DNA of 32,000 nucleotides, from positions 1,950,001 to 1,982,000 of the forward strand of contig NC_017262.1 in NCBI RefSeq assembly GCF_000175255.2. Reading direction: 5' to 3'. Made by a program: the position numbers and the translations under genes. Each line of letters opens with the position of its first letter. Positions within the stretch are counted from its first letter, which is position 1. Below, piece after piece: positions 9,863 through 20,288 of the stretch. The DNA comes from Zymomonas mobilis subsp. mobilis ATCC 10988. Its GTDB lineage: Bacteria > Pseudomonadota > Alphaproteobacteria > Sphingomonadales > Sphingomonadaceae. The notes below the pieces were generated by a model. It saw only the letters and a program-made list of their open reading frames with translations, was not told the origin of the DNA and searched no databases.

Positions 9863-12769
9863 ATGGGGGTTAATCATCGTTGGCTGGCAGCGGCGGCCTT
9901 GGCCGCAACCGCTCTCAGCCCAATAACGTCGAATGCGGCAAAACCGACGGCTGACCATAACAAAAATACGGCAGTGCCTCTTTCAACTTTGGCCGATCAG
10001 ATCAGCCTTTCATGGCAAAAATTTACTTTGCCAAATGGTTTGCAGGTCATTGTTCATGCCGATCATAAATCGCCGATTGTCGCGGTTTCGGTCTGGTATC
10101 ATATCGGTTCCAAAGATGAACCGGCGGGCAAAACCGGTTTTGCGCATCTTTTCGAACATCTGATGTTTAATGGCTCCGAAAATGCGCCCAGCGGTGTTTT
10201 CGAACCTTTGCGTCAGGCGGGCGCAACCGATGACAACGGCACAACATGGTTTGACCGCACCAATTATTTTGAAACGGTGCCAACGCCTGCTCTTGATCTG
10301 GCCTTGTTCCTCGAAAGTGACCGGATGGGGCATCTTTTGGGCGGTATTACCCAACAAAAGCTCGATAATCAGCGCGGCGTTGTCCAAAATGAAAAACGCC
10401 AGGGCGATAACCAGCCTTATGGTTTGGTGCAATATGCTCAGACAGAAGCCTTGTCACCAGAAGGCCATCCTTATCATCATACTACCATCGGCTCGATGGA
10501 AGACCTCGATGCTGCCAGCTTGGATACGGTGAAAGATTGGTTCCGTCAGAATTACGGGCCCAACAATGCCGTTCTGGTTCTGGCCGGTGACATTGACATT
10601 GATAAAGCTAAAACGCTGGTTACCCGTTATTTTGGTGATATTCCTCGGGGTCGCGATGTTGTTCATCCGGCTGCCCCGATCTGGACATTGCCAGCTAGAA
10701 AAGACGAAGTTTTAACCGATAATGTCGCGCTGGCGCGCCTTTATCGCACATGGACGGTGCCAGGTTTTGCCAGTTCCGAATTGCCGGATCTTCATATCGC
10801 GGCACAGGTGCTAGGGGGGCTGGCATCTTCTCGCCTTGATCAAATTCTGGTGCGGCAGGAACAATTAGCGGTCAGCGTTGCCGCTGAATTAGAGCCTTTT
10901 GAAAATCAAAGCCGCTTTGAAATCACTGTAGATGTAAAACCGGGCGTAAACCCGCAATATGTCTCGCAACGGCTAGATAAAATCCTGAATGACTTTATCA
11001 ATCAGGGACCGACTGCCGATGAAGTCAAACGGGCTGCCACGCAAACGATGGTTTCTGAAATCGCAGGGTTAGAAACCGTTGGCGGTTTCAGTGGTCAGGC
11101 ACCCACGCTGGCCGAAGGCCTGCTTTATGCCAATGATCCCAATCATTATAAAAAAGAATTAGTGTCTTTGGCCACGGCCACCCCAGCCAGCGTTACGGCA
11201 ACCATGAAAAAATGGCTTTCTCGTCCGGTTTATGCTCTGACCGTTCTTCCGGGAGAAAGAAAAGCCTATCAGGAATCACAAAAGGGCGGTCATTCGGGTA
11301 ATGACCAGATTGCTATCAAGCCGATTCCAACCGCCGCTCCAACGCCAGAAATGGTTGCTGCGGCTGAAAAAACGACTTCGGCAGGTATTGATCGCTCTCA
11401 TTTGCCAGAAATCGGGACTATTCCTGATCTGAAATTCCCGACAATCGAGCATGCCAAATTAAGTAATGGGGTAGAAGTCAGCTATGCCCAGCGCTCTGCT
11501 GTGCCGTTGACGCGGATTGCCTTTAACTTTGATGCGGGTAATGCCGCTGATCTGAAGGATTTGCGCGGGACAGAAAGTCTGATGCTTTCTATGCTGACAG
11601 AAGGCACGCCGGGCAAAAATGCGATTGAATTGGCTGTCGATCGTGAAAGATTGGGCGCCACTATCGCTTTTGATAGCGATGCCGACCGCACCAATATGCT
11701 CTTGCGGAGCCCAACTCCCAATATCGGGGCAACGCTCTCTCTGGCATCACAGATGCTGTTATCACCCGCTTTCCCAGATAAAGAGCTGGAACGCGTCCGG
11801 TCAGAACAGCTTGCCACCATCGCTATGGAGCATAGTTCTCCGGCACCCTTAGCCGCGCGTGTGATTGGCCCCAATATTTATGGTGAAAACCATCCTTATG
11901 CCCATGTCTTGTCGCCTTCTGGAACGGAAGATTCTGTTAAAAAGATTACCAAGGCAGATATCATCCGCTTTAAAAACCAGTGGTTGCGCCCTGATAAAGC
12001 TCATATTTTCATTGTTTCCGACCAACCGCTTTCTGCCATTTTGCCTCTGCTGAATACGCGTTTCGGTCATTGGCAAAATCCGAAAGAAGAAGCGGGTGTC
12101 AAAGAAATCAATGCAGCACCGGTGCCTCAGAAGTCGGGTATCCTTTTGGTCAATCGACCAAATTCTCCACAATCGCTTATCTTGGCAGGTTCGGCGCTTC
12201 CTCTGAAAGGGCAAGCGGATGATGCTACGTTATTCGATTTAACGGTGGCGAATGATATTCTGGGCGGCCAATTTTTGGCACGACTGAATATGGATCTGCG
12301 CGAAAGCAAAGGTTGGAGCTATGGCGTCCACAGCCGTATCTACCGGATGGTCGGGCCTTCTGCCTTTATGATCCGCGCCCCTGTTCAAACGAACCAAACC
12401 GGTCCTTCTGTTTCTGCCTTAAAAGCGGATACGGTCAGCTTCCTGACCGATCAAGGCATTACGGCCAAGGAACTGGAAGGTACCCTTACAGGTGATATCC
12501 GCCAGCTTCCGGGTAGTTTTGAAAGCGGCGATGATGTCCTAAGCGGTATGATGACTTTAAATAGATTCGGGCGTTCCGATAACTATTTTGATACTCTCGC
12601 CAGCCGCTATCGTGGCCTGAATGCGGCGACTTTGGATACAACCGCACGGCGTTGGCTCGATGTTAATAAATTCTTATGGGTCGTGGTCGGCGATGCTAAT
12701 GTGGTTAAACCACAATTGGAAAAAACAGGCCTTCCGATCGAAACCATGTCAGCCGATGATGTAAAATAA
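9863..12769 (+). CDS. Secreted M16 family metallopeptidase, paralog 2 (tandem duplicate)
   Basis: HLFEHLMFNG zinc motif and extensive similarity along its length to the preceding ORF. Start ATG 9863 follows GAGGAG and gives signal peptide MGVNHRWLAAAALAATALSPITSNAA. Confidence 0.93.
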   Translation: MGVNHRWLAAAALAATALSPITSNAAKPTADHNKNTAVPLSTLADQISLSWQKFTLPNGLQVIVHADHKSPIVAVSVWYHIGSKDEPAGKTGFAHLFEHLMFNGSENAPSGVFEPLRQAGATDDNGTTWFDRTNYFETVPTPALDLALFLESDRMGHLLGGITQQKLDNQRGVVQNEKRQGDNQPYGLVQYAQTEALSPEGHPYHHTTIGSMEDLDAASLDTVKDWFRQNYGPNNAVLVLAGDIDIDKAKTLVTRYFGDIPRGRDVVHPAAPIWTLPARKDEVLTDNVALARLYRTWTVPGFASSELPDLHIAAQVLGGLASSRLDQILVRQEQLAVSVAAELEPFENQSRFEITVDVKPGVNPQYVSQRLDKILNDFINQGPTADEVKRAATQTMVSEIAGLETVGGFSGQAPTLAEGLLYANDPNHYKKELVSLATATPASVTATMKKWLSRPVYALTVLPGERKAYQESQKGGHSGNDQIAIKPIPTAAPTPEMVAAAEKTTSAGIDRSHLPEIGTIPDLKFPTIEHAKLSNGVEVSYAQRSAVPLTRIAFNFDAGNAADLKDLRGTESLMLSMLTEGTPGKNAIELAVDRERLGATIAFDSDADRTNMLLRSPTPNIGATLSLASQMLLSPAFPDKELERVRSEQLATIAMEHSSPAPLAARVIGPNIYGENHPYAHVLSPSGTEDSVKKITKADIIRFKNQWLRPDKAHIFIVSDQPLSAILPLLNTRFGHWQNPKEEAGVKEINAAPVPQKSGILLVNRPNSPQSLILAGSALPLKGQADDATLFDLTVANDILGGQFLARLNMDLRESKGWSYGVHSRIYRMVGPSAFMIRAPVQTNQTGPSVSALKADTVSFLTDQGITAKELEGTLTGDIRQLPGSFESGDDVLSGMMTLNRFGRSDNYFDTLASRYRGLNAATLDTTARRWLDVNKFLWVVVGDANVVKPQLEKTGLPIETMSADDVK

Positions 12770-12791
12770 TCGGATTGATACTCTAGTTATA

Positions 12792-12824
12792 AAAAAAGGT
12801 GGTTCGTTAAGAACCACCTTTTTT
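12792..12824. terminator. Intrinsic terminator between convergent M16 paralog 2 and purK
   Basis: AAAAAAGGTGGTTC-GTTAA-GAACCACCTTTTTT, a perfect 14-bp inverted repeat with flanking A and T tracts. Confidence 0.9.
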
Positions 12825-12845
12825 ATTATCTGACTTTTTAAAACA

Positions 12846-13934
12846 TCAGATAATTCGTTTAATCAATTTGGTCACATGCCCCATTTTTCGTCCCGGTTTG
12901 GCGGTACCTTTGCCGTAAACATGCAGATAGTTATTCCGGCGAGAGAGAATTTTTTCCCATGTATTGACCTGCGCCCCGATCAAATTTTTCATCTCGACTC
13001 TTTCCGCCGTCAAAGCGGTTGAGCCCAAGGGCAAACCACAAACGGCACGAATGTGATTTTCAAATTGGGAGGTTTCTGCGCCTTCAATCGTCCAATGACC
13101 GCTATTATGAACACGCGGAGCCATCTCGTTAAAGATCGGGCCAAATTGGGTCGCAAAAAATTCAACGGCCAGAACACCGACATAATTCAAGGAATCGGCA
13201 ATTCTTTGCGTGGCCTTAATCGCGGCATCTGCCTGCTGTAAAATGAAGTCATTCGCCGGTACGACCGAATGATCCAAGATACCATTATTGTGGGTATTGG
13301 CTGGAATATCCCAAGTCAAAAACTGACCTTTAATATCACGAACAGCTAAAACAGAAAATTCATGCTCGAATTTGACCATGCCTTCAAGAATGGCTTCTTT
13401 ACAAGAAAGCTCACTCCATATTTCGGCCAAATGGGAATCGGTTGCTTTTTTAACAACCATTTGCCCGCGACCGTCATAGCCTTGAGTGCGCTGCTTCAAG
13501 ATAGACGGAATACCTAATTCCAAAAGGGCATAGGATAATTCACGGAGCGAGCTCACAGGCCGAAAGGGCGCAGGCCGTATCTTCAAATCTGACGCATAAT
13601 TCTTTTCGGTCAGACGATCCTGCGCTACATTCAAGGCTTGGGGTGGTGGATAAACCGCAACCCGCTTGGCAATTTCGACTAACGGCGCGGCTGGAATATT
13701 TTCAAACTCATAGGTGATAACATCAACCGAGGCCGCAAATTCTTTCAGTTTCTCGCCGTCATCATATGCACCGACGAAACTTTTAGCAGCCACGACATTG
13801 GCTGGCCCCGATTGATTGGGGGCATAGACATGACAGAAATATCCCAATTGCGTCGCCGCAATCGCCATCATCTGACCTAACTGGCCATTACCAATAATGC
13901 CAATTTTAGAACCGGGCGGAAGTGTCTGGGTCAT
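12846..13934 (-). CDS. purK: 5-(carboxyamino)imidazole ribonucleotide synthase
   Basis: [69 protein letters not shown]. Confidence 0.97.
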   Translation of the reverse strand: MTQTLPPGSKIGIIGNGQLGQMMAIAATQLGYFCHVYAPNQSGPANVVAAKSFVGAYDDGEKLKEFAASVDVITYEFENIPAAPLVEIAKRVAVYPPPQALNVAQDRLTEKNYASDLKIRPAPFRPVSSLRELSYALLELGIPSILKQRTQGYDGRGQMVVKKATDSHLAEIWSELSCKEAILEGMVKFEHEFSVLAVRDIKGQFLTWDIPANTHNNGILDHSVVPANDFILQQADAAIKATQRIADSLNYVGVLAVEFFATQFGPIFNEMAPRVHNSGHWTIEGAETSQFENHIRAVCGLPLGSTALTAERVEMKNLIGAQVNTWEKILSRRNNYLHVYGKGTAKPGRKMGHVTKLIKRII

Positions 13935-14470
13935 AAAGAAGAGATCCTTGGCAGAGTATCTGGCTGATCCTGAACATCAGCCGTTTGACGCTGCCGCCAC
14001 TGATCCAACCTTTCGGCCAGATCATCATCATTATTGGCAAGTATGGCAGCAGAAAGAAGAGCCGCATTGATAGCACCTGCGCGGCCAATCGCAAGGGTTC
14101 CAACCGGAATTCCGGCGGGCATCTGAACAATAGAAAGCAAGCTATCCATGCCGTTTAGGGCTTTTGATTGCACCGGCACCCCGAAAACAGGCAATCTTGT
14201 AATAGCCGCGGACATGCCCGGCAAATGTGCCGCCCCACCAGCACCCGCAATAACGGCTTTAAACCCTTTTGAAACCAGCGAACCGACATAGTCATATAAC
14301 CGTTTCGGGGTTCTATGCGCTGAAATGATACGCGTTTCATACGGAATTTGAAGGGCAGATAAAACATCTGCCGCATGATGCATGGTTTCCCAATCGGATT
14401 GACTGCCCATAATCAAGGCAATGATCGGGGCAGGGCTAGATTCGTCTATAGAGGGGGGCTGGTTGTTCAT
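13931..14470 (-). CDS. purE: 5-(carboxyamino)imidazole ribonucleotide mutase
   Basis: [47 protein letters not shown]. Its stop overlaps the purK start by 4 nt. Confidence 0.97.
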   Translation of the reverse strand: MNNQPPSIDESSPAPIIALIMGSQSDWETMHHAADVLSALQIPYETRIISAHRTPKRLYDYVGSLVSKGFKAVIAGAGGAAHLPGMSAAITRLPVFGVPVQSKALNGMDSLLSIVQMPAGIPVGTLAIGRAGAINAALLSAAILANNDDDLAERLDQWRQRQTADVQDQPDTLPRISSL

Positions 14471-14706
14471 ATATTTTTCCGGCTCTCAATTGGAACGTGC
14501 AGGCAAATAATGATAAATCCTGTGAAATTTGAATAGACGCTCTACGGTAAGATGCGAAAAGCGGCAATTCCTGATATCAAAATTGTTGTCTTATATTCCG
14601 ATAAAAAAGCGAATAGCTAGATGGATAAGCCATTTTCTCTTGAGGGATTTGACTTATTATATCGATAATAGTTCTTTCTCGTGAAAGAGAAGGGCTTCTC
14701 CTTCCT

Positions 14707-15663
14707 ATGGTCGAACAAGGCAATAGCGTGTCAACAGAGTCAGATTCCAGAATTGTGTCCGATAGCGAGGCTAAGGGAATAGTCAAACGCCTGCCGCCTA
14801 AATTAGCCGCCTATATTTCGCTTGCCCGCGCGGATCGACCTATTGGGGTTTGGCTACTTTTCTGGCCGGGGGCGGCGGCTGTCGCTTTGGCAGGTGGCCT
14901 TCTCTCACATTGGTTTTTACTACCCGCTTTCTTTATCGGGGCTTTTGTGATGCGTTCAGCCGGATGCGTTTATAATGACATCGTTGACCGCGATCTTGAT
15001 AAAAAAGTTGCTCGAACCCGAAACCGTCCACTAGCTTCCGGCTTTATTTCAGTCAAAGCGGCTTGTCTCTTTATCGCTTTTCTTTGCCTGATCGGATTGG
15101 GCTGCTTGACCTTTTTCAATCCCATAGCCCGTTTTACAGCGATCGCTAGCCTAGCCTTAGTGGCAGCTTATCCCTTCATGAAACGGATAAGCTGGTGGCC
15201 TCAGGCTTGGCTTGGTCTTGTTTTTAGCTGGGCGGCTTTGGTTGGAAGCGTTGCCATTTGGGATCGTTTCGAATGGCCGGGTATTTTTCTTTATGGCGGT
15301 TGTATCTTCTGGGTAATCGGTTTTGATACTGTTTACGCTATTCAAGATATTGAAGACGATGCCTTGGCCGGTATCAAATCCTCGGCAAGGGCATTAAAAA
15401 GTCATTTGCGTCTTGGGGTTAGTTTGTTTTTTGTTTTAGCTGTTTTGGGATGGGGCGCGGCTATCTGGTTCACGCGTCCCCAGCCTTTAGTTTTACTAAC
15501 GTTATTGCCTGTAGTCCTGCATTTCATCTGGCAAATGACAACATTGGATGTCAATGACGGGCAAAATGCTCTGATGCGTTTCCGTTCCAATCGTCAGATT
15601 GGCTTCTTGCTTTTCTTGGCTTGTGCAACCATCGGTATGGCTAATAATTTTTCGGTATATTGA
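14707..15663 (+). CDS. ubiA: 4-hydroxybenzoate polyprenyltransferase (UbiA family)
   Basis: YNDIVDRDLDKKVARTRNRPLASG and DTVYAIQDIEDDALAGIKSSA, the two Asp-rich motifs of UbiA, plus multiple TM segments. Confidence 0.93.
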   Translation: MVEQGNSVSTESDSRIVSDSEAKGIVKRLPPKLAAYISLARADRPIGVWLLFWPGAAAVALAGGLLSHWFLLPAFFIGAFVMRSAGCVYNDIVDRDLDKKVARTRNRPLASGFISVKAACLFIAFLCLIGLGCLTFFNPIARFTAIASLALVAAYPFMKRISWWPQAWLGLVFSWAALVGSVAIWDRFEWPGIFLYGGCIFWVIGFDTVYAIQDIEDDALAGIKSSARALKSHLRLGVSLFFVLAVLGWGAAIWFTRPQPLVLLTLLPVVLHFIWQMTTLDVNDGQNALMRFRSNRQIGFLLFLACATIGMANNFSVY

Positions 15664-15674
15664 TGCCGCGATAG

Positions 15675-16026
15675 AACGCGATCGGGCAATCCTTTGTCGT
15701 TATCTATAACACGTCGGGGCGGGGGCTTTTAGTCGTTATGGCCGTTTGGAAAGCCATGGCTGTATCCGACTTAAACATCTGGTCGCTTTAGGAAAACGCT
15801 GGTTGGCGACTGATCTGGCATGGATAGGTGACCGCCTTCGGAGTGAAATTGATAAAAATGAAACCGAACGCGTCCATCTGAAACAACCTGCTGCGGTTTT
15901 TCTGTTTTATTGGATAGCTTTTGGTAATGGTGAAAATGCCCCATAAAGCCTTTATATGATGTCGGAACTGACATTTCCTCACTCTTGCGACGTATAAGGC
16001 TGGCTGCAAAATCTAACTTAAAATGA
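15675..16026 (+). pseudogene. Remnant of an L,D-transpeptidase (YkuD domain) C-terminus, frameshifted
   Basis: Frame with codons at 15696: SFVVIYNTSGRGL. It is followed after an apparent 1-nt loss near 15729 by FSRYGRLESHGCIRLKHLVALGKRWLATDLAW...ERVHLKQPAAVFLFYWIAF, containing the YkuD catalytic SHGCIRL motif and a LdtD/YcbB-like xLKQPxxVxxxYxxA tail. The N-terminal bulk is missing. Confidence 0.75.
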
Positions 16027-16158
16027 TTAAACGATAATCTCTTCATAGATAAAAATTTCTTGGCTAACCAAGAGAGAAAACAGCCTAGGATCACGACGAA
16101 ATGGATAAGGATTGAAGGCCATTTATTCTTTCAATACCCTCCCTCAAAAACAACATAA

Positions 16159-16195
16159 AAAAAGAGGCTTCCCCTTTTCGGGAAAGCCTCTTTTC
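16159..16195. terminator. Intrinsic terminator hairpin downstream of the DEAD-box gene
   Basis: AAAGAGGCTTCCCC-TTTTCG-GGAAAGCCTCTTTTC, imperfect inverted repeat with A/T flanks. Confidence 0.75.
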
Positions 16196-16221
16196 TCTTT
16201 TTAAGATGCTAACTCTAGCGA

Positions 16222-17598
16222 TTAGCTACGAGCAACGGCACGAACACCACGCATCTGCGGACGACGCGGACGACGCGGACGTTCACCACCGCGATCACCA
16301 CGATCATCACCTTTACCATGAGAGTGGTTGAAACCCGGTTTTGCACCGCCGCCAAAGCGACCGCGACCACCGCCACGACCACCGCGACCATCTCTGCCAT
16401 CCCGTTCTGGACGCATCGGAGCCGGATGCGGCAGCAATTCTTTTTCCATGACAAAGTTTTCAGGCAGCGGCAAAATCTGCAATTTGACACGAGTCAAACG
16501 TTCGATAGAGCGCAAGTAAGAGCGTTCGTCATTGGCAATAAAGCTGATAGCCTGACCATCACGACCAGCACGAGCAGTGCGGCCAATACGATGGACATAT
16601 TGTTCGGCGACATTCGGCAATTCGTAATTGAAGACATGGCTGACACCCGGAACGTCAATACCACGGGCAGCAATATCGGTGGCCACCAGAATTTTTAACC
16701 GGCCATTACGGAAGGCATTCAAAGCGCGTTCACGCTGCGGCTGGCTTTTGTTACCATGAATGGCGGCAGCAGGCAGACCAGCGGCTTCCAAATGGCGAAC
16801 CACTCTATCGGCACCATGCTTCGTACGGGTAAAGACCAAAGCCCGATCAAGGCCAGGGGTATTTTTCAGCGTAATCGTCAACAAAGCCTGTTTTTCAGAC
16901 TGGTTAACGAAAATACCGAATTGCTCAACCCGTTCAGCCGTTGAAGACTGGGGCGCAACCGAAACGGTTACCGGATCAGACAAGAACTGACTGCTCAATT
17001 CCTGAATCGTTTTTGGCATCGTAGCCGAGAAGAACAAAGTCTGGCGGTTCTTCGGCAGCAATTTGTCAATGCGGCGCAACGCATGGATAAAACCAAGATC
17101 CAGCATCTGGTCGGCTTCGTCCAAGACGAAAACTTCGACGTCTTTTAAGACAAGCGCGCGCTGGTCGATCAAATCCAGCAAGCGACCGGGTGTTGCAACC
17201 AAAATATCGGTGCCACGATCCAGCATTCTCATCTGACGACCAATAGGAACGCCACCAAATACGGCATTAACCGACATACGCAGATGACGGGTATAGTCAT
17301 TGCAAGCGCGGGCAATCTGGCTGGCCAGTTCGCGCGTCGGTGATAAAATCAGCATACGGCAACCACGCTGAGGCCGTGCCTGCGGGTTGGTTGCGAGATA
17401 ATGAATAGAAGGCAGAGCAAAGGCTGCGGTTTTACCGGTGCCGGTCTGGGCGATACCGCAAAGATCCTTGCCTTCTAATAAATGGGGGATAGCTTGTGCC
17501 TGAATCGGGGTCGGCTTACTATAACCGAGACCATCCAGAGCCTGCACAAGTGACGAGTCGAGACCAAGGGTTTTGAACGAAACAGATGTTTCCGTCAT
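16222..17598 (-). CDS. DEAD-box ATP-dependent RNA helicase (RhlE-like)
   Basis: AQTGTGKTAAF, PTRELA, VLDEADQMLDLGF, SATMP, ATDIAARGIDVPGVSHVFNYELP, HRIGRTARAG, and an Arg/Gly-rich C-terminus. Confidence 0.97.
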   Translation of the reverse strand: MTETSVSFKTLGLDSSLVQALDGLGYSKPTPIQAQAIPHLLEGKDLCGIAQTGTGKTAAFALPSIHYLATNPQARPQRGCRMLILSPTRELASQIARACNDYTRHLRMSVNAVFGGVPIGRQMRMLDRGTDILVATPGRLLDLIDQRALVLKDVEVFVLDEADQMLDLGFIHALRRIDKLLPKNRQTLFFSATMPKTIQELSSQFLSDPVTVSVAPQSSTAERVEQFGIFVNQSEKQALLTITLKNTPGLDRALVFTRTKHGADRVVRHLEAAGLPAAAIHGNKSQPQRERALNAFRNGRLKILVATDIAARGIDVPGVSHVFNYELPNVAEQYVHRIGRTARAGRDGQAISFIANDERSYLRSIERLTRVKLQILPLPENFVMEKELLPHPAPMRPERDGRDGRGGRGGGRGRFGGGAKPGFNHSHGKGDDRGDRGGERPRRPRRPQMRGVRAVARS

Positions 17599-18048
17599 AA
17601 AAGGCTTTCCGTTTTTGAAATAGGCGCGATGAAGCGCACTAAGAGACGAGTTAAAACTCGTTTAAGACCTGAAAATACAGGCTTGCGTGAACGGGAAAGC
17701 CTGCTGCTATTAGGCATCTAAAGAGGAATACTTGGCAACGCACCATAGTGAGGAAGGCTTTTTATGACTTCCGAAATGACAAAAATAGATGTCAGATATT
17801 ATGTGCGGTGGAACACGCAAATTCCGTGCATATGCCCGTTTAGTCTCGCGGACACAGATGCTTATCCGTTAATAATGACCATAGGACAGAAGAAAGGCAA
17901 GGCTTTTCCTCATTGCCGAATAAAATATTATTATATTATCGCCAAAAAGGACAATTATTGAAAGAAATCGAAGATATCATTCAAAAAACCATAAAAAGGC
18001 AACATAAATAATCTTGATTGGAAGGCGTGGTTTCACCAAATAAGAAAC

Positions 18049-18600
18049 ATGCTGATCGAGACAGAAAAGACGCCGAATCCGGCTACCCTTAAATTTTTGC
18101 TTCACCGTCCCGTAATGGAACGTGAATCCCGTTATTTTGTCAATAAAGAGGAAGCCGCTGATTCGCCTTTGGCCGTAGCGCTTTTTGACTTGCAGCATGT
18201 GACGGCTGTTTTCTACGGACGGGATTTTATTTCCGTCACCCTCGATTCACCTTCATTATGGTCTAACCTCGAATCCAAGATCATTATGATCATTTCGGAT
18301 CATTTCGATAATGACATTCCGTTATTGGTAGAAAATTCCGAAAAGAATGAAACAAAAGATCATGATGAAGAAGATGACGTCATTCTTCAGATCAAAGATC
18401 TGATCGATAGCCGCGTTCGTCCGGCTGTTGCTCGTGATGGGGGGGATATCGTTTTCCAGAAATTTGAAGACGGCATTGTCTATTTGTCGATGCGGGGCGC
18501 TTGCGCAGGTTGTCCTTCTTCTGTTGCGACCCTGAAACAAGGGGTCGAGACCTTGCTGAAACATTTTGTCCCTGAAATTAAAGAAGTTCGGGCGATTTAA
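18049..18600 (+). CDS. Nfu/NifU-like Fe-S scaffold protein
   Basis: N-terminal Nfu domain (MLIETEKTPNPATLKFLLHRPVM) and C-terminal VRPAVARDGGDIVFQKFEDGIVYLSMRGACAGCPSSVATLKQGVE with CxxC. Confidence 0.95.
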   Translation: MLIETEKTPNPATLKFLLHRPVMERESRYFVNKEEAADSPLAVALFDLQHVTAVFYGRDFISVTLDSPSLWSNLESKIIMIISDHFDNDIPLLVENSEKNETKDHDEEDDVILQIKDLIDSRVRPAVARDGGDIVFQKFEDGIVYLSMRGACAGCPSSVATLKQGVETLLKHFVPEIKEVRAI

Positions 18601-19226
18601 TGCAATTGGTCATTGATACAGCCACAGCGGCCTGTTCTGTTGCTTTGATAGAAGGCGACCGCGTCCTTGCCTGCGAGAAGGAAATTGTGGGTCGCGGTCA
18701 CGCTGAAAAACTTTTGCCTATGGTCGCTGCTTTACCGGATCAAGGTCGCGCTGATAGTATCCTTGTTGATTGCGGGCCCGGCAGTTTTACCGGCATCCGC
18801 GTCGGGATTGCGGCTGCCCTGGCTTTAGGTTTGGGATGGGATATTCCTGTCTCTGGTTATGGCTCCTTAGATATTGTTGCGGCCTCGGCTTTCCGACGGC
18901 ACAGCGATGTGTCGCAACTGACGGTTGCTTTTATTGGCGGTCATGGTGAATTGTTTATTCAGTCTTTTTCCTGCGATCGGCCTTCACTTCATTTGACCAC
19001 CACCACAGAACTTCAATCCTTGCGACCCGAAGCCGCTGCTGCCTTAGTGCAAGACTCACTCGTGGTCGGTTCGGCGGCGGCCAATTTGATAAAGGTAAGA
19101 GGCTGGGGCGAATCGGAAGAGGCTTGGCCTTTTGCGGATGAAGCCCGCTTTTTAGAAAAAACAGCGACGACACTACCTGCTACGCCGATTTACGGCCGTT
19201 TGCCTGATGCGAAAATACCGTCATGA
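18600..19226 (+). CDS. tsaB: tRNA threonylcarbamoyladenosine biosynthesis protein TsaB
   Basis: LVIDTATAACSVALIEGD, GRGHAEKLLPMV and VDCGPGSFTGIRVGIAAALALG. It overlaps the stop of the preceding CDS by 1 nt. Confidence 0.95.
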   Translation: MQLVIDTATAACSVALIEGDRVLACEKEIVGRGHAEKLLPMVAALPDQGRADSILVDCGPGSFTGIRVGIAAALALGLGWDIPVSGYGSLDIVAASAFRRHSDVSQLTVAFIGGHGELFIQSFSCDRPSLHLTTTTELQSLRPEAAAALVQDSLVVGSAAANLIKVRGWGESEEAWPFADEARFLEKTATTLPATPIYGRLPDAKIPS

Positions 19227-19699
19227 TACAGTATCATGATGGCTGGGCGTTTGTAGATACAGGTGATTCTCTTCTCGATTATGTCATGGAAATCATGACG
19301 GATGCTTTTGACCCATTCTATGGCGAGGCGTGGAATCGTCATCAATGTAATAGCATTATGGGGTTACCGGGCGTTTATGCTCTTGTTGTAACAATAGAAG
19401 GGAAACCGGCGGGTTTCTTGTTATCTCGTACTGTTTTTGACGAGTGCGAGCTATTATTATTAGCAGTTAAACCGGAATTCCGCCGCGAAGGGGTCGCGAC
19501 AGCCCTTTTTAAAAAGCTGATCGCCAAAGCCAAAATCGAAGATACTAAATATCTTCATCTTGAAGTCAGAGAAAAAAATCCGGCCTTAAACCTTTATTAC
19601 CAGATTGGCTTTAGAGAGGTTGGCCGTCGAATCAATTATTATAAATCGTTAAATGGCGACTTATACAATGCGATAACTCTCCGCTTCATTGTTATTTAA
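19223..19699 (+). CDS. rimI: GNAT acetyltransferase, ribosomal protein S18 alanine N-acetyltransferase-like
   Basis: GNAT motif A-like LLLLAVKPEFRREGVATALFKKLIAKAK, LEVREKNPALNLYYQIGFREVGRR, directly coupled to tsaB (4-nt overlap). Confidence 0.88.
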   Translation: MIQYHDGWAFVDTGDSLLDYVMEIMTDAFDPFYGEAWNRHQCNSIMGLPGVYALVVTIEGKPAGFLLSRTVFDECELLLLAVKPEFRREGVATALFKKLIAKAKIEDTKYLHLEVREKNPALNLYYQIGFREVGRRINYYKSLNGDLYNAITLRFIVI

Positions 19700-19874
19700 T
19701 ATAAATCACCTAGAAGAAGTAATAATTTTAGTTGCATTTTCTATAGAATTTGTTCAATCATAAAGACCGTAAACGTTGGGAGATCAACCGAGATCTTTCC
19801 AAAGGTAAAAGCTTTAAAGCTTCTCTGGAAAGATAGAATATTCTCCCACTTTTTTCCTAAAAAAGGATTGTTCT

Positions 19875-20288
19875 ATGAGCGATGACAATGCTTTGTCTGA
19901 AACTTTGATTACCTTAACGGCTGATATCGTTTCAGCCCATGTCAGCAACAACAGCGTTTCTGTTGCCGACGTTCCCCAGCTTATCCAGAATGTCCATCAT
20001 GCACTTTCTGCTTTAAGCGAAGCTAACGCAGAACCGGAAGCACGGCCTGAACCCGCTGTCTCTGTCCGCGCCTCTGTTAAACCCGATTATATCATCTGCC
20101 TCGAAGACGGTAAGAAGCTGAAAATGCTGAAACGTCATCTTGCAACCCATTATCAGCTGACGCCGGAACAATACCGCGCTAAATGGAATTTGCCGGCAGA
20201 TTATCCGATGGTCGCCCCGAATTACGCTGATCAGCGTCGTTCTTTGGCCAAAAAAATCGGTCTTGGTACCCAGCGTCGCAAACGCTAA
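19875..20288 (+). CDS. MucR/Ros family transcriptional regulator
   Basis: [59 protein letters not shown], diagnostic of the MucR/Ros zinc-finger region. Confidence 0.95.
   Translation: MSDDNALSETLITLTADIVSAHVSNNSVSVADVPQLIQNVHHALSALSEANAEPEARPEPAVSVRASVKPDYIICLEDGKKLKMLKRHLATHYQLTPEQYRAKWNLPADYPMVAPNYADQRRSLAKKIGLGTQRRKR

Noticed and set aside
15771-16094. 107-aa minus-strand ORF over the region after ubiA
   Set aside because: No recognisable motif, and it runs antisense to the better supported L,D-transpeptidase remnant with YkuD SHGCIRL on the plus strand.
16222-16420. Possible repeat array in GC-rich triplet-like DNA (ccaccgccacgaccaccgcgacc)
   Set aside because: Fully explained by Arg/Gly codons of the helicase C-terminal tail; irregular spacing and no conserved repeat unit.
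17764-17961. 65-aa plus-strand ORF in the helicase/Nfu intergenic region
   Set aside because: Short, AT-rich and with no motif. It cannot be distinguished from chance; conservation analysis would be needed.
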